From the NCBI GenBank assembly GCA_963669335.1, contig OY770023.1, positions 3,298,873 through 3,362,872 of the forward strand: DNA of 64,000 bases, in the 5' to 3' direction. The position numbers and the translations under genes were made by a program. Below are positions 1 to 11,380 of the stretch, piece by piece. Positions within the stretch are counted from its first letter, which is position 1, and each line of letters begins with the position of its first letter. Source of the DNA: Rhodospirillales bacterium (GTDB taxonomy: Bacteria > Pseudomonadota > Alphaproteobacteria > Kiloniellales > JACOMY01). The notes under the pieces are model-generated. The model had not been told where the DNA came from. It saw only the letters and a list, made by a program, of their open reading frames with translations, and did not search any database.

Positions 1-261
1 ATCCGTCGCGCCTTCCTGATCGGCGAGGCCCAAGACGAGATCGCCCGCTTTCTGGCTGGCAAGGTCTGTGCCGACTGCTGCGGCGAGCTCAGAACGGCGG
101 TCCGCAGCGCTGCCAAGGTCGCCCGCAAAGAGGCCCTACCGGGTGCAGTGGTCTTGCTGTCGCCGGCCTGTGCCTCGTTCGACCAGTTCCCGGATTTCGA
201 AGCCCGCGGCGAAGCCTTTCGCGCGGCGGTCAGCGCACTTGCAGAGGAGGAAGCGGCATGA
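1..261 (+). CDS. murD: UDP-N-acetylmuramoylalanine--D-glutamate ligase MurD, C-terminal fragment (5' end outside window)
   Basis: Frame 1 is open from the window edge. It translates to [22 protein letters not shown]...[28 protein letters not shown], a MurD-type C-terminus. TGA at 259-261 overlaps the ftsW ATG (ATGA). Position is immediately upstream of ftsW-murG. Confidence 0.85.
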   Translation: MRRAFLIGEAQDEIARFLAGKVCADCCGELRTAVRSAAKVARKEALPGAVVLLSPACASFDQFPDFEARGEAFRAAVSALAEEEAA

Positions 262-1385
262 GTCTGGCCCGCAGCGACCAGAGCTTGCTTGCCCGCTGGT
301 GGTGGACCGTCGACCGTTGGCAGCTAACCGCCATCGTCGTCCTCATGGGCTTTGGCCTGATCTTGATGCTAGCCGCCTCGCCTTCAGCCGCCGGGCGCAT
401 CGGCATCGACGATCCCTTCCTCTTGGCGCGTCGTCAGCTCATGTATGTCCCGTTGGCGGCGATCATCATCATGGCCGTCTCGCTGTCGACGCCGCGTCTG
501 GTCCGTCGCATCGCCGCCCTGGGGCTCTTTGCCTCGCTGCTGCTGGTCCTGGCGACCCTGGGTATGGGCACTGAGATCAAGGGCGCCAGCCGTTGGCTGC
601 AGCTCCCCGGCTTTTCCCTGCAGCCGTCTGAGTTTGCCAAGCCCTGCTTCGCAGTGATCGCGGCCTGGCTGCTGGCGAGCTGGCGCACCTCTGTCGGCTT
701 CCCGGCCGCCTTGATCGCCGTCGCCCTTTGGGGGGTGGTGGTCGGCCTCTTGCTGATGCAGCCCGACGTGGGGCAAGCGCTGCTGGTAACCGGCATCTTC
801 GGTGTCCAGTTCTTCCTGGCCGGCCTGCCGATGATCCTGGTCGGCGCCGCCCTGATGGCCGGCGTCTGCTTCCTGGTCGCCACCTACTTCCTCTTCCCGC
901 ATGTGACCGAGCGTATCGACGGCTTCCTCGGCAATGAGGGCGGCAGCGATCGCTATCAGATCGACCGCTCGCTGGAAGCCTTCAAGAACGGCGGTCTCTG
1001 GGGCCGTGGGCCGGGCGAGGGTCAGGTCAAGGACAAGCTGCCGGACGTGCACTCCGACTTCATCCTGGCGGTGGCCGGTGAAGAGTTCGGGCTCATCGTC
1101 TGCCTGGCGCTGGTCGCCCTCTTCGCCTTCGTGGTGCTGCGCGGTCTGACCAAGGCCATGGCCGATCAGAGCCTCTACGTGATGCTGGCCGCCGCCGGTT
1201 TGGTGACCCAGGTCGGCCTGCAGTCCTTGATCAACATGGCCTCCTCGCTCAGCCTCATTCCGACCAAGGGCATGACTCTGCCCTTCATCAGCTACGGTGG
1301 TTCCAGTTATCTGGCCCTGGCCTTGGCCATGGGCATGCTGCTGGCACTCACGCGGCGCCGCCCCTCCTCGGAGCTGCCGCAATGA
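258..1385 (+). CDS. ftsW: Cell division / peptidoglycan polymerase FtsW (SEDS family)
   Basis: 375-aa polytopic membrane ORF with SEDS motifs ([34 protein letters not shown]). Sits in dcw context between murD and murG. Confidence 0.93.
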   Translation: MSLARSDQSLLARWWWTVDRWQLTAIVVLMGFGLILMLAASPSAAGRIGIDDPFLLARRQLMYVPLAAIIIMAVSLSTPRLVRRIAALGLFASLLLVLATLGMGTEIKGASRWLQLPGFSLQPSEFAKPCFAVIAAWLLASWRTSVGFPAALIAVALWGVVVGLLLMQPDVGQALLVTGIFGVQFFLAGLPMILVGAALMAGVCFLVATYFLFPHVTERIDGFLGNEGGSDRYQIDRSLEAFKNGGLWGRGPGEGQVKDKLPDVHSDFILAVAGEEFGLIVCLALVALFAFVVLRGLTKAMADQSLYVMLAAAGLVTQVGLQSLINMASSLSLIPTKGMTLPFISYGGSSYLALALAMGMLLALTRRRPSSELPQ

Positions 1386-2491
1386 CCGCGCCTATGATCG
1401 CAGTCGCAGGTGGAGGCTCCGGCGGCCACATCTTCCCCGCCCAAGCCCTGGCGCAAGTGCTTTTGGCGCGCGGCTGCAGGGTCATGATGATGACCGATCG
1501 CCGAGGCCAGGGCTTCCCCGCCCTGCCGGAGGTAGAGGTGGTGCGCCTATCCGGCAGCGCCGTGCTCGGTCGCTCTCCCTTGCAGAAGCTCTCCGCCCTT
1601 CTGGGTCTGCTGCGCGGTACCTGGCAGGCTCGCGGTCCGCTGAAGCGTCACAAGGTTCGTGCCGTCGTAGGCTTTGGCGGCTTCGCCTCGGTCCCACCTG
1701 GCATGGCCGCGCGCAGCTTGGGACTGCCCTTGATCCTGCACGAGCAGAACGCCGTCCTAGGGCGCGCCAATCGCCTTTTGGCAAGCCGCGCGACAGCACT
1801 GGCCACAGCCTTTCCACAGATGCGCGGCCTATCGCAAAGCGACCGGGGTAAGGTCGTCCGCGTCGGCAATCCGGTGCGCCCGGCAATCGCTGCACTGAGG
1901 CAAGAGCGCTATCCGGCCTTGGATGCAGAGGGCCGCATTTCACTCTTGGTTACCGGCGGCTCGCAAGGGGCCAAGGCTTTCGACAGCCTGGTCCCGGCCG
2001 CCATCTCACTCCTGCCGGAAGCCCTGCGCCGCCGGCTGGACCTGGTTCAGCAGGTGCGTGGCGCCGATCGGGACGTCTTGGCTGCGCGATATGAAGATCT
2101 GGGGGTTTCCGCCTCCTTGGCCCCCTTCTTCGAAGATCTGCCGCGCCATCTTGGTGCTGCGCACCTGCTGATCGGTCGTTCCGGCGCCTCCACCGTCTTC
2201 GAATGCGCCATGGCCGGACGACCCGGTGTCTTGATCCCCTATCCCTACGCCACCGACGATCACCAGCAGGCCAATGCCGCGGCCTTTGCCGCGGCCGGCG
2301 GCGGCTGGGTTCTACCGGAAGCCGGCGCCGATGCAGAGGTCCTGTCTCAGGAACTGCAGCGCCTCTTCCAGTCCCCTGCGCTCCTGCAGTCGGCGGCCGA
2401 AAAGGCGCGTGCCTTTGCCATGCCCGACGCCGCCGAGCAGCTGGCCGATCTCACCCTAAAGACCGCCGGTCTAGCGGAGGCCCAGTCATGA
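1382..2491 (+). CDS. murG: Lipid II synthase MurG (UDP-GlcNAc transferase)
   Basis: 369-aa ORF starting [16 protein letters not shown], with C-terminal TGGSQGA and ...DDHQQANA motifs typical of MurG. Start overlaps the ftsW stop. Confidence 0.93.
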   Translation: MTAPMIAVAGGGSGGHIFPAQALAQVLLARGCRVMMMTDRRGQGFPALPEVEVVRLSGSAVLGRSPLQKLSALLGLLRGTWQARGPLKRHKVRAVVGFGGFASVPPGMAARSLGLPLILHEQNAVLGRANRLLASRATALATAFPQMRGLSQSDRGKVVRVGNPVRPAIAALRQERYPALDAEGRISLLVTGGSQGAKAFDSLVPAAISLLPEALRRRLDLVQQVRGADRDVLAARYEDLGVSASLAPFFEDLPRHLGAAHLLIGRSGASTVFECAMAGRPGVLIPYPYATDDHQQANAAAFAAAGGGWVLPEAGADAEVLSQELQRLFQSPALLQSAAEKARAFAMPDAAEQLADLTLKTAGLAEAQS

Positions 2492-3924
2492 GAGCGCTCC
2501 CCCTCGACCTCGGCATCATCCACTTCGTCGGCATCGGCGGCATCGGCATGAGCGGCATCGCCGAGGTGCTGCACAACTTGGGTTACAAGGTCCAAGGCTC
2601 TGACATTGCCGACAGTGCCAACGTCAAGCGCCTGCGTGCGCTGGGCATCCCGATCGCTATCGGTCATCGTCCCGAGAACCTGGGCGAGTCCGAGATCGCC
2701 GTCATCTCCTCTGCCGTGAAGCCGGGTAATCCCGAACTGGAAGAGGCGCGTGCGCGCTTCCTGCCGGTCGTGCGCCGTGCCGAGATGCTGGCCGAGCTGA
2801 TGCGCCTAAAGTGGTCGATCGCCATCGGCGGGACGCACGGCAAGACCACCACGACCTCCATGGTCGGGACCCTGATGGAGACCGCCAACCTCGATCCCAC
2901 GGTGATCAACGGCGGCATCATCAATGCCTACGGCACCAACACGCGTCTGGGCTCCGGCGAGTGGATGGTGGTCGAGGCCGATGAGAGCGACGGCACCTTC
3001 GTCAAGCTGCCGGCGATCATCTCTGTCGTCACCAACATGGATCCCGAGCATCTGGACTTCTACGGCACGGCCGAGGCCATGCAGGAGGCCTATAAGACCT
3101 ACGTCCAGAACATCCCCTTCTATGGCTTTGCCGTGCTCTGCATCGACCACCCTGTCGTGCAGAGCCTGATCGGCCAGATCGAAGACCGCCGCATGGTGAC
3201 CTACGGCCTCTCGGCCGCCGCCGAAGTGCAGGGCATCGAGCTGGAGAGCCTGCCCAACGGCTGGCGCTTCTCGGTCGCCATTCGCCCGCGCCACGGCGAC
3301 GAGGTCACGATCTGGCGCGACATGGTGCTGCCGATGCTGGGCCAGCACAATGTGCAGAACGCCCTCTCGGTCATCGCCATAGCGCACGAACTGGGTCTGG
3401 GTGAAGAGGTCGCGCGCGAGAGCCTGAAGCGCTTTCAGGGCGTCAAGCGACGCTTTACCCGCACCGGCAGTGTCGCCGGCGTCACCGTCATCGACGACTA
3501 TGGCCATCACCCGGTCGAGATTGCAGCGGTGCTCTCTGCCGCGCGCCAGCATATGATGGGCCAGGAGAACCACGGGCGCGTGATCGCGGTCATGCAGCCG
3601 CATCGCTACAGCCGCCTGGCGCAGCTCTTCGAAGACTTCTGCTCCTGCTTCAACGAGGCCGACCGGGTCCTGATTGCCGACGTCTATGCCGCCGGTGAGG
3701 CCCCGATCGAAGGCTGTGACGCCGAGGCCCTGGTCGCGGGCCTGCGCAGCCACGGTCACCCGGCGGCAGATCACCTGCCCGACCCGGAGCTGCTGGCCGC
3801 CGTCATTCACTATGTGGCGAAGCCGGGCGACTTGGTGGTCTGCCTGGGTGCCGGATCGATCACGCATTGGGCCAATGCGCTGCCGCAGCAGCTGGCCGAG
3901 CTCTATGGCGAGGCGGCGACCTGA
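2488..3924 (+). CDS. murC: UDP-N-acetylmuramate--L-alanine ligase MurC
   Basis: The track ORF 2203-3924 carries an Arg-rich spurious N-extension. The internal ATG at 2488 ([28 protein letters not shown]) gives a canonical MurC N-terminus and an ATGA overlap with the murG stop. GTHGKTTT P-loop present. Confidence 0.92.
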   Translation: MRALPLDLGIIHFVGIGGIGMSGIAEVLHNLGYKVQGSDIADSANVKRLRALGIPIAIGHRPENLGESEIAVISSAVKPGNPELEEARARFLPVVRRAEMLAELMRLKWSIAIGGTHGKTTTTSMVGTLMETANLDPTVINGGIINAYGTNTRLGSGEWMVVEADESDGTFVKLPAIISVVTNMDPEHLDFYGTAEAMQEAYKTYVQNIPFYGFAVLCIDHPVVQSLIGQIEDRRMVTYGLSAAAEVQGIELESLPNGWRFSVAIRPRHGDEVTIWRDMVLPMLGQHNVQNALSVIAIAHELGLGEEVARESLKRFQGVKRRFTRTGSVAGVTVIDDYGHHPVEIAAVLSAARQHMMGQENHGRVIAVMQPHRYSRLAQLFEDFCSCFNEADRVLIADVYAAGEAPIEGCDAEALVAGLRSHGHPAADHLPDPELLAAVIHYVAKPGDLVVCLGAGSITHWANALPQQLAELYGEAAT

Positions 3925-4841
3925 TGGCGGCCTTGATCGACAGCCTGCCGCCGGTGCGCGGCCGCCTCTCGGCTGGATCCTCGCTCTCGCGGGTGACCTG
4001 GTTCCAGGTGGGCGGCCCGGCCGAGGTGCTGTTCCGCCCGGCCGACCAAGAGGACCTGCTTGCCTTCCTGGCTGCCGTACCGGCCGAGGTCCCGGTCACC
4101 GTCATCGGCGTCGGCTCCAACCTTCTGGTTCGCGACGGTGGCGTCCCCGGTGTGGTCCTGCGCCTGATCCGCGGCTTTGCCGACGTCGAGGTTGAGGGCA
4201 CGACGGTCATCACCGGTGCCGGTGCGCTCGACGTCAATGTCGCCAAGGCTGCAGCCGCTGCCAGCCTCACCGGCCTTGAGTTCCTGGTCGGCGTGCCCGG
4301 CACCATCGGCGGTGCGGTGCGCATGAATGCCGGCGCTTACGGGCGCGAGACCAAGGACGTCCTGATCTGGGCCGAGGCGACAGATCGCCAGGGCAATCTG
4401 CATCGGCTGAGCAACAGCGAGCTCGACTTCGCCTATCGGCGCAGCGGCTTACCCACAGACTGGATCGTGCTGCGTGCCGCCCTGGCGGCAGAGCCCGGCG
4501 AGCCACGCGCGATCGCGCAGCGCATGGGCGAGATCCAGGGACAACGCAGCGAGAGCCAACCAATCCGTTCTCGCACCGGCGGCTCCACCTTCAAGAACCC
4601 GGAGGGTCACAAGGCTTGGCAGCTGATTGATCAGGCTGGCTGCCGTGGCCTGGTCCACGGTGGCGCCCAGGTCTCCGAGAAGCACTGCAACTTCTTGATC
4701 AACCTGGGTGAGGCAAGTGCGGAAGATCTGGAAGAGTTGGGCGAGGAAGTTCGCACAAGGGTCAGGGCCAAAAGCGGTATCTCCTTGGAGTGGGAGATCA
4801 AGCGCATTGGTGATCCGGCCTCGCGCGGCGGTGCGGCATGA
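3924..4841 (+). CDS. murB: UDP-N-acetylenolpyruvoylglucosamine reductase MurB
   Basis: Start chosen at ATG 3924 ([15 protein letters not shown]), overlapping the murC TGA by 1 nt. FAD-binding MurB motifs present ([33 protein letters not shown]). Confidence 0.9.
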   Translation: MAALIDSLPPVRGRLSAGSSLSRVTWFQVGGPAEVLFRPADQEDLLAFLAAVPAEVPVTVIGVGSNLLVRDGGVPGVVLRLIRGFADVEVEGTTVITGAGALDVNVAKAAAAASLTGLEFLVGVPGTIGGAVRMNAGAYGRETKDVLIWAEATDRQGNLHRLSNSELDFAYRRSGLPTDWIVLRAALAAEPGEPRAIAQRMGEIQGQRSESQPIRSRTGGSTFKNPEGHKAWQLIDQAGCRGLVHGGAQVSEKHCNFLINLGEASAEDLEELGEEVRTRVRAKSGISLEWEIKRIGDPASRGGAA

Positions 4842-5764
4842 GCGTCATGCCCCTCGATATACTCCTCTTGAAGGGCGGTCCTTCGGCCGAGCGAGAGGTC
4901 TCTCTGGTCTCCGGCGCGGCCTGTGCGCAGGCCTTGCGCAGTCTCGGCCATCGGGTGCAGGAGTTCGATCTCACCCGCGATCTCGGCGCGCTGGGCCAAG
5001 CCCTGACGCCCAAGCCCGATGTCGTCTTCAACGCGCTCCACGGACGCTACGGCGAGGACGGCTGTGTCCAGGGCATCCTGGAGCTCTTGGAGGTGCAGTA
5101 CACCCACTCGCGGCATCTGGCATCCGCCATCGCCATGGACAAGCCGCTGTCGAAGACCCTGCTGACCGCGGCCGGTATTCTCATGCCCGAGGGGCGGGTC
5201 GTCACCCTGGAGGATTTCCGCGACGGCGATCCCATGCCGCGGCCCTATGTGGTGAAGCCGATCGACGAGGGCTCCAGCGTTGGCGTCAGCATAATCCGCG
5301 AAGGCGAGAACCGCGCGCCCACCACCGCCGAGACCTGGCGCTATGGCGAAGAAGCCCTGCTGGAACGCTATATCGAAGGGCGGGAGCTGACCGTCGCCGT
5401 CTTGGGCGATCGGGCGCTGACGGTCACTGAGCTCAAACCCAAGGTCGGCTTCTACGACTACGAAGCCAAGTACACCGAAGGAAAGACCGAGCATCTGGTG
5501 CCGGCCGACATTCACCCGGATGTCTTTCATCTGGCGCTGGAGACCGCCCGCAAGGCGCACCGCTGCCTGGGCTGTCAGGGCGTCAGCCGCGCTGACTTTC
5601 GCTACGACGACAGCAAGGGCGAGCCGGGCGCGCTCTACCTGCTGGAGATCAACACGCAACCCGGAATGACCCCGCTATCTTTGGTGCCGGAGCAAGCTCG
5701 CCATCTGGGGATGAGCTTTCAGGCCCTCTGCCAGTGGATGGTTGAGGAGGCTCTCTCGCGATGA
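4838..5764 (+). CDS. ddl: D-alanine--D-alanine ligase
   Basis: 308-aa ATP-grasp ORF ([47 protein letters not shown]). ATGA overlap with the murB stop. Confidence 0.92.
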   Translation: MSVMPLDILLLKGGPSAEREVSLVSGAACAQALRSLGHRVQEFDLTRDLGALGQALTPKPDVVFNALHGRYGEDGCVQGILELLEVQYTHSRHLASAIAMDKPLSKTLLTAAGILMPEGRVVTLEDFRDGDPMPRPYVVKPIDEGSSVGVSIIREGENRAPTTAETWRYGEEALLERYIEGRELTVAVLGDRALTVTELKPKVGFYDYEAKYTEGKTEHLVPADIHPDVFHLALETARKAHRCLGCQGVSRADFRYDDSKGEPGALYLLEINTQPGMTPLSLVPEQARHLGMSFQALCQWMVEEALSR

Positions 5765-6708
5765 CGAAGAAGACCACAAGCAGCGCGAAGAAGCCGACCA
5801 AGCCCAGGAAGACGACAACCCGCAAGCCGGCTACCACACGCAAGACAACGCGGTCGAGCAAGTCGACACGAAGCAAGCGGAAGAGCGCGCAGCCACGCCG
5901 GCCCAACGGTGCGTTGCGCCGTCTGCTGCGCCGCCTGCCCTGGCGCAGGCTCTCTGTCGTGGGGCTGGTCATGGCCATCCTTGGTGGCGGGCATTGGCTC
6001 TGGACCAGCGGACATGTCGAGAGTGCGGCCAACTCGGTGGTGGATGAGATCTACGCCGCCACCGCCGATGCCGGCTTCGAGGTCACCAGCATTCAGCTTG
6101 TCGGTCGTACTGAGACCGAAGAGGAAGAGATCCTGCGCGCGCTGGAGACAGAGCGCGGTGCCGCCATCCTGCGCTTTGATCCCGACGAAGCCCGCGCAAG
6201 GGTCGAGGCTCTGCCTTGGGTCGAGACGGCGACGATTGAGCGTCGCCTGCCGAACCGCATCTTGATCCGGGTCACGGAAAAGCGCCCGGCTGCGCTCTGG
6301 CAGTCGGGCGGCGAATGGGCGGTGATCGATTCCGACGGCACGGTGATTGAGGGGGCCGCACCCGGCGCCTTTCGCGAGCTGCCGAAACTGGTCGGCGAAG
6401 GCGCACAACGCCACGCGGCCGAGATCTTGAAGTTAACCGAGACGCAGCCAGACTTGGCCAAACAAGTCTATGCCGCGATTCGGGTTGGGGACAGAAGATG
6501 GAATCTTCGCCTTCATTCAGGAATCGATGTGCGATTGCCTGAAAATGACATGATTTCTGCATGGGAACGCTTGGCACGGCTCGAATCAGTAGCTGATCTT
6601 CTATCTCGGGACGTCACGGTGATCGACCTTAGACGCGATGATCGACTCCTGCTGCGCCTCGCCCCGGATGCGGAAATCAAGCAACCGGAAGAAGGGCAGG
6701 AAACCTAG
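5761..6708 (+). CDS. ftsQ: Cell division protein FtsQ with long basic N-terminal tail
   Basis: 315-aa ORF with a single TM segment (LSVVGLVMAILGGG) followed by POTRA/FtsQ-type domain sequence (V.GRTETEEEEILRAL, LPWVETATIERRLPNRILIRVTEKRP). Lies between ddl and ftsA. Confidence 0.88.
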   Translation: MTKKTTSSAKKPTKPRKTTTRKPATTRKTTRSSKSTRSKRKSAQPRRPNGALRRLLRRLPWRRLSVVGLVMAILGGGHWLWTSGHVESAANSVVDEIYAATADAGFEVTSIQLVGRTETEEEEILRALETERGAAILRFDPDEARARVEALPWVETATIERRLPNRILIRVTEKRPAALWQSGGEWAVIDSDGTVIEGAAPGAFRELPKLVGEGAQRHAAEILKLTETQPDLAKQVYAAIRVGDRRWNLRLHSGIDVRLPENDMISAWERLARLESVADLLSRDVTVIDLRRDDRLLLRLAPDAEIKQPEEGQET

Positions 6709-6710
6709 TC

Positions 6711-7985
6711 GTGGTGGAAGGGATGAAAAGAGCTCGCGGTCGAGCAAGAAGTGGACTGGTGGCAGCCCTGGATGTGGGCTCCACCAAGACCTGCTGCTTT
6801 CTGGCGGAGGTCGGCGAGGATGCACGCCCGCGTGTCATCGGCATCGGCCAACAGGCAAGCCGCGGTCTAAGGCACGGCACGGTCGTCGACATGGACGCGA
6901 CCACGCAAGCGATTGGCAAGGCTGTGCATTCAGCCGAGCAGATGGCCGGGCAGCAGATCGACGAGGTCTTCGTCAACATCTCAGGCGGCAATCCGGCCTC
7001 GCGCACACTTGGCCTGGATGTCTCGATCAGCGGCCAGGCAGTCACGCAAGGCGAACTGGACCGCGCCATCGACGAGTGCCACGCTCGCGATGCCGATGAG
7101 GTCGGCGAGAACGATCGGCAATTGATCCATTCGATCCCCGTCGGCTATGCCATCGACGGCAGCCGCGGCATCCGCGATCCGCGCGGCATGTTTGGACAGC
7201 GCCTGCGCGTCGAGCTGCACAGCGTCTCCGCCGCCGCCAGCGCGTTACAGAACCTGACAACCTGCATCGAGCGTGCCCATCTCTCAGTCGCCGGCATGGT
7301 GATCAGCCCCTATGCCTCGGGCTTGGCGGCCCTGGTCGAAGATGAGATGGAGCTGGGCGTCACCGTCATCGACCTGGGCGGCGGCACCACCTCTCTTGCC
7401 GTCTTCTTCGAAGGCAACATCGTCTATTCCGACGTCCTGCCGATCGGCGGCGATCACGTGACCAACGACATCGCCCGCGGCCTCTCCACCCCGCGCGTTC
7501 ATGCCGAGCGTCTGAAGACCCTCTACGGTCACGCCATGGCGACCCAAGCCGACGAGCTGGAAATGGTCGACGTGCCCCAGGTCGGCGAAGAAGAGAATGG
7601 TGGCCAACAGCAGGTCGCACGCTCGGTCCTGGTCAACATCATCCAGCCGCGCCTGGAGGAGACCCTAGAGCTGGTGCGCAACCGCCTTGATGCATCGGGC
7701 GTCGGCAAGCTGGCCGGGCGCCGCGTGGTGCTGACAGGCGGCGCTGCTCAGCTGCCGGGCTTGGGCGAGCTGGCCGCCCTGGTCTTGGACAAGCGCGTGC
7801 GCATCGGTCGTCCGATCCGTGCTCGCGGTCTGGCCGAAGCCACCGCCGGCCCCTGTTATGCCACCTGCGCCGGGCTCTTGACCTACGCCCTGGCAGCAGA
7901 TCTCAGCCAACAGCGAGGCGGCCGCGAAGATCGCGGCGACGGCCTCTTCGGCCGTCTCGGCCATTGGATCAAGGAGCACTTCTAA
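6711..7985 (+). CDS. ftsA: Cell division protein FtsA
   Basis: Actin-like ATPase motifs ([36 protein letters not shown]). GTG at 6711 or ATG at 6723 are both possible starts. Confidence 0.9.
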   Translation: MVEGMKRARGRARSGLVAALDVGSTKTCCFLAEVGEDARPRVIGIGQQASRGLRHGTVVDMDATTQAIGKAVHSAEQMAGQQIDEVFVNISGGNPASRTLGLDVSISGQAVTQGELDRAIDECHARDADEVGENDRQLIHSIPVGYAIDGSRGIRDPRGMFGQRLRVELHSVSAAASALQNLTTCIERAHLSVAGMVISPYASGLAALVEDEMELGVTVIDLGGGTTSLAVFFEGNIVYSDVLPIGGDHVTNDIARGLSTPRVHAERLKTLYGHAMATQADELEMVDVPQVGEEENGGQQQVARSVLVNIIQPRLEETLELVRNRLDASGVGKLAGRRVVLTGGAAQLPGLGELAALVLDKRVRIGRPIRARGLAEATAGPCYATCAGLLTYALAADLSQQRGGREDRGDGLFGRLGHWIKEHF

Positions 7986-8113
7986 GCCATGCGGCCGACC
8001 GTGCTTTTGAACGGCCTCCCCGACCGTATCGGGGTCACGTCGTCCAGGCCCCTCCCCCCGGGGGTCACGGACATTTCCCAGAACGGGCGCCCTCGAGCCC
8101 CAGTGGAGGAGAG

Positions 8114-9982
8114 ATGACCTTGAACCTGACCGTACCTCTCGACGAGGACCACTTGAAGCCCAGGATCACCGTCATCGGCGTCGGCGGCGCCGGCGGCAAT
8201 GCGGTGAACAACATGATCGCCAGCAACCTCAGCGGCGTCGAGTTCCTGGTCTGCAACACCGATGCACAAGCATTGACCCAGTCCGGCTGCTCCAACCGGC
8301 TGCAGCTGGGCCGCAACCTGACTCGCGGCCTGGGCGCCGGCGCACGCCCCGACATCGGACGTGCCGCTGCCGAAGAGGCGCTGGACGAGATCATGGGCTC
8401 GCTCGACGGCTGCAACATGGTCTTCATCACCGCCGGCATGGGCGGCGGCACCGGCACCGGTGCAGCCCCAGTGATCGCGCGAGCCGCGCGTGAGCAGGGC
8501 ATCCTGACCGTCGGCGTGGTGACCAAGCCCTTCCACTTCGAGGGCGTGCACCGCATGCGCCTCGCGGAATCGGGCATGCAAGAGCTGACCCAGACGGTCG
8601 ACACCCTGATCATCATCCCGAACCAGAACCTCTTCCGCATCGCCAACGAGAAGACGACCTTCGCGGACGCCTTCAAGATGGCCGATGACGTGCTGGAGGC
8701 CGGTGTTCGCGGCGTGACCGATCTGATGGTGCTGCCGGGTCTGATCAATCTGGACTTCAACGATATCCGCACGGTCATGACCGAGATGGGCAAGGCCATG
8801 ATGGGGACCGGCGAGGCCGACGGCGAAGGCCGCGCGACCGAGGCGGCGGAGGCAGCAATTGCCAACCCGCTGTTGGACGATGTCTCCATGCGCGGTGCCC
8901 GCGGGGTTCTGATCAACATCACCGGCGGTCCGGACCTCACCCTCTTTGAGGTCGACGAAGCCGCCAACAAGATCCGCGAGCAGGTCGATCCCGAAGCCAA
9001 CATCATCTTCGGCTCCACCTTTGACGAAAAGCTGGAAGGCAAGATGCGGGTCTCCATCGTGGCCACCGGCATCGATGCCGAGATAGAGCGCGACGGCCGG
9101 ACCGGCCCCTCGCTCAGCCTGATCTCCAATCCTTCGCCGCAGAGCGTCCCGACCCCGGCCAGCCCGGTCGCCGCCTCGCCGATGAGCAGCCCCGTTGCCG
9201 GCACCATGCCGCGCGTGGCCGCCCGTCCGCTTGGTCAGCCGGCCCCCTCGGCCCAGGCCGGTTCGCCCAGCATGTCGGCTCAGCCGCGCATGCCGGCCCC
9301 GATGCCGACGCATTCGGTCGGTTCCGCTGCCCTGGCACAGCGCATGGAGCCGGAAGAGGAGCTTGCAGAGCTCGTCGAGCCGCTGCCGGAGGACTATGAG
9401 GAGGAGACCCTCCTGGAGGAGGACGCAGCCTTTGAAGCTGAGGGCGCGGACTCCAGTCAGGCGGTCGAAGCCGAGCGCTTCATGGCTGAGATCGAATCCC
9501 GTCAGGAAGGCTTCATCGCTCCGGAGCCGTTGGTTGCCGATCAGCCGGTCGATATGCCGACCCGCAGCCGGCCCGAGCCGCTGTTGGAGACGCGTCGCGA
9601 CGCCGGATCTGCAGCTGCTCGTTCGGAGAGCCCGGCACAGCCTGAACAGCGCCGCTCCGGCGGTCTGATCGCCCGCATGACCGGTCTGTTCCATTCGAGC
9701 AACAGTCAGGCCGAATCGGCCCCGGCCGAGTCGCAGCAGACCCGCGCGCAAGAGGCTCCCTCCATGCCGCGTCAAGCTGCGCCTGCAGCCTCTCGGCAGC
9801 AGGCTCCGGCCCGGCGCACGCCCCAGCATGCAGAGGCCCCACGTGCCGAAGCCCAGCGGCCGCGCCCGCCGGCGGCACCACAGCAGCCGCGGCTAAACCT
9901 TGAGGAGGGGCGTCAGGAGCCCCGCATGTCTGACGACCAAATGCTTGATATTCCTGCATTCTTGCGTCGTCAGTCCAACTAG
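8114..9982 (+). CDS. ftsZ: Cell division GTPase FtsZ with very long C-terminal linker
   Basis: ATG at 8114 is preceded by GGAGGAGAG. N-terminus reads [34 protein letters not shown] and the tubulin signature [10 protein letters not shown] is present. The protein ends with the conserved C-terminal peptide DIPAFLRRQ. The upstream part of track ORF 7964-9982 is a spurious extension. Confidence 0.95.
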   Translation: MTLNLTVPLDEDHLKPRITVIGVGGAGGNAVNNMIASNLSGVEFLVCNTDAQALTQSGCSNRLQLGRNLTRGLGAGARPDIGRAAAEEALDEIMGSLDGCNMVFITAGMGGGTGTGAAPVIARAAREQGILTVGVVTKPFHFEGVHRMRLAESGMQELTQTVDTLIIIPNQNLFRIANEKTTFADAFKMADDVLEAGVRGVTDLMVLPGLINLDFNDIRTVMTEMGKAMMGTGEADGEGRATEAAEAAIANPLLDDVSMRGARGVLINITGGPDLTLFEVDEAANKIREQVDPEANIIFGSTFDEKLEGKMRVSIVATGIDAEIERDGRTGPSLSLISNPSPQSVPTPASPVAASPMSSPVAGTMPRVAARPLGQPAPSAQAGSPSMSAQPRMPAPMPTHSVGSAALAQRMEPEEELAELVEPLPEDYEEETLLEEDAAFEAEGADSSQAVEAERFMAEIESRQEGFIAPEPLVADQPVDMPTRSRPEPLLETRRDAGSAAARSESPAQPEQRRSGGLIARMTGLFHSSNSQAESAPAESQQTRAQEAPSMPRQAAPAASRQQAPARRTPQHAEAPRAEAQRPRPPAAPQQPRLNLEEGRQEPRMSDDQMLDIPAFLRRQSN

Positions 9983-10043
9983 CGAGGCTACGTTCCGGGG
10001 GGATCTGTCCCTTCGCTAGGACTGAAAACCGAGGGCAAGGATC

Positions 10044-10085
10044 GGGCCGTCCCCGCAGCTAAGCGGGGGCGGCCTTGCCTTTTCT
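10044..10085 (+). terminator. Putative rho-independent terminator downstream of ftsZ
   Basis: GGGCCGTCCCCGC / GCGGGGGCGGCC stem (one G-U pair), loop AGCTAA, followed by TTGCCTTTTCT. Confidence 0.6.
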
Positions 10086-10349
10086 GGATCCGGCGCCCTG
10101 TCCAGCCAGGGCCCGCCAGCGAAACGCTTACCCAACGTAACATGCTGTAACAAAGAGTGATTGGCGGCTCGCCACGCTCTTTCTTAGTTTGATCGAAGGG
10201 TTCGGGGGATGAGGTATCAGCCTCGAAGGAGAAAGCAGGATCACCAAAGATCCACAGGCGCAAGGTTCCGCGGAAGCGTGGAGAGACAAGAGCGCCACAG
10301 GCTCCAGAAGAGGCAGATGAGGTATATGAGACGGAAGGCTTGGTCTGTC

Positions 10350-11288
10350 ATGAACAAGATGTCCCCTCTGCGTGAAGCACCGCAGGTCACAGTCGCCAAA
10401 CGCGTCGGCATGAGCGGCGTTGGCTTGCATAGCGGCCTGCCGGTCACGGTGACGCTTTGCCCGGCGCCGGTTGATCACGGTCTGGTTTTCCTACGCAAGG
10501 ATCTCGGGCGTCGTCTCCCGGTCGGGTGGAAGCATGCGGTCGAAAGCCCGCTCTGCACCACCCTGGTGGACCCGACGGGCGAAAAGATCGGCACTATCGA
10601 ACATCTGATTTCAGCCCTCTCGGCGCTCGGCGTGGACAACGTCCTGATCGAGCTGGATGGGCCTGAAGTTCCGGCACTAGACGGCTCTGCCGACCGTTTT
10701 GTCGCGCTCATCGATCAGGCCGGCCTGCGCCGGCAAGGCGCGCCGAAGCGTGCCATCGAGATCCTGGAGCGGGTCGAGGTGGGCGAGCCCGATCGCTCGG
10801 CCGCCTTGGAGCCGGCAGGACGTTTCGAGATGGCCTTCGACATAGACTTCCCCGATCCGGCGATCGGGCGTCAGGTCTGGAAGAGCGCCATCACCGAGCG
10901 GCTCTATCGCGAAGAGATCGCACGAGCCCGCACCTTCGGTCTGCTGGCCGAGGTCGAGGCCATGCGCAAGATGGGCCTGGGTTTGGGTGGCTCGCTGGAG
11001 AACGCCGTGGTGGTGGACTCCGGCAAGGTGCTGAACCCCGATGGTCTGCGCTATGCCGATGAGTTCGTGCGCCACAAGGTTCTGGACGCGATTGGCGATC
11101 TGGCGCTTGCCGGCGCCCCGATCGTCGGGCGCTTTGTCGGGCACAAGGCTGGCCACGCGCTGACCTTCCGCCTGGTGAAGACCCTGATGGAGACGCCGAA
11201 AGCCTGGCGCTGGGTCAGCTTGGAAGACAGCAGCGTCGGCGGTGCCTCCCCTCTGGTCAGCGTCCGCGCAGCAGCACAGCGCGTCTAA
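10350..11288 (+). CDS. lpxC: UDP-3-O-acyl-GlcNAc deacetylase LpxC
   Basis: Motifs GVGLHSGLPVTVTL, IGTIEHLISALSALGVDN and PALDGSA, with a C-terminal HKAGHAL zinc-site region. Start set at ATG 10350 because the track ORF start at 10209 adds a non-homologous basic extension. Confidence 0.9.
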   Translation: MNKMSPLREAPQVTVAKRVGMSGVGLHSGLPVTVTLCPAPVDHGLVFLRKDLGRRLPVGWKHAVESPLCTTLVDPTGEKIGTIEHLISALSALGVDNVLIELDGPEVPALDGSADRFVALIDQAGLRRQGAPKRAIEILERVEVGEPDRSAALEPAGRFEMAFDIDFPDPAIGRQVWKSAITERLYREEIARARTFGLLAEVEAMRKMGLGLGGSLENAVVVDSGKVLNPDGLRYADEFVRHKVLDAIGDLALAGAPIVGRFVGHKAGHALTFRLVKTLMETPKAWRWVSLEDSSVGGASPLVSVRAAAQRV

Positions 11289-11312
11289 CGAAGTACTAGG
11301 AACGGGCAACAG

Positions 11313-11349
11313 AGGGGCGCTTCCTCAAAGGGGAGCGCCCCTTTCCTTG
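11313..11349. terminator. Putative bidirectional terminator between convergent lpxC and the MFS gene
   Basis: GGGGCGCT (11314-11321) pairs with AGCGCCCC (11334-11341), followed by TTTCCTTG. An outer pair, GAACGGGC (11300-11307) and GCCCGTTC (11357-11364), can extend the structure. Confidence 0.55.
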
Positions 11350-11380
11350 TCGTTAGCCCGTTCTGAATGACATCTCGCCC

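Noticed and set aside
10131-10160. CtrA-box-like direct repeat GTAAC-N5-GTAAC between ftsZ and lpxC.
   Set aside because: The half-site spacing is one nucleotide short of TTAA-N7-TTAA and both half-sites deviate from TTAA. No such boxes were seen upstream of ftsZ or ftsQ.
2203-10349. N-terminal extensions of the track ORFs for murC (2203), murB (3867), ftsZ (7964) and lpxC (10209). The same applies further along to dctP, aapJ, metC, the Mo-enzymes, rhodanese, the FAD oxidoreductase and qor.
   Set aside because: The extensions are Arg/Pro/Gly-rich or otherwise non-homologous and overlap upstream genes. Internal ATGs with Shine-Dalgarno-like sequences, or ATGA coupling, reproduce canonical family N-termini.
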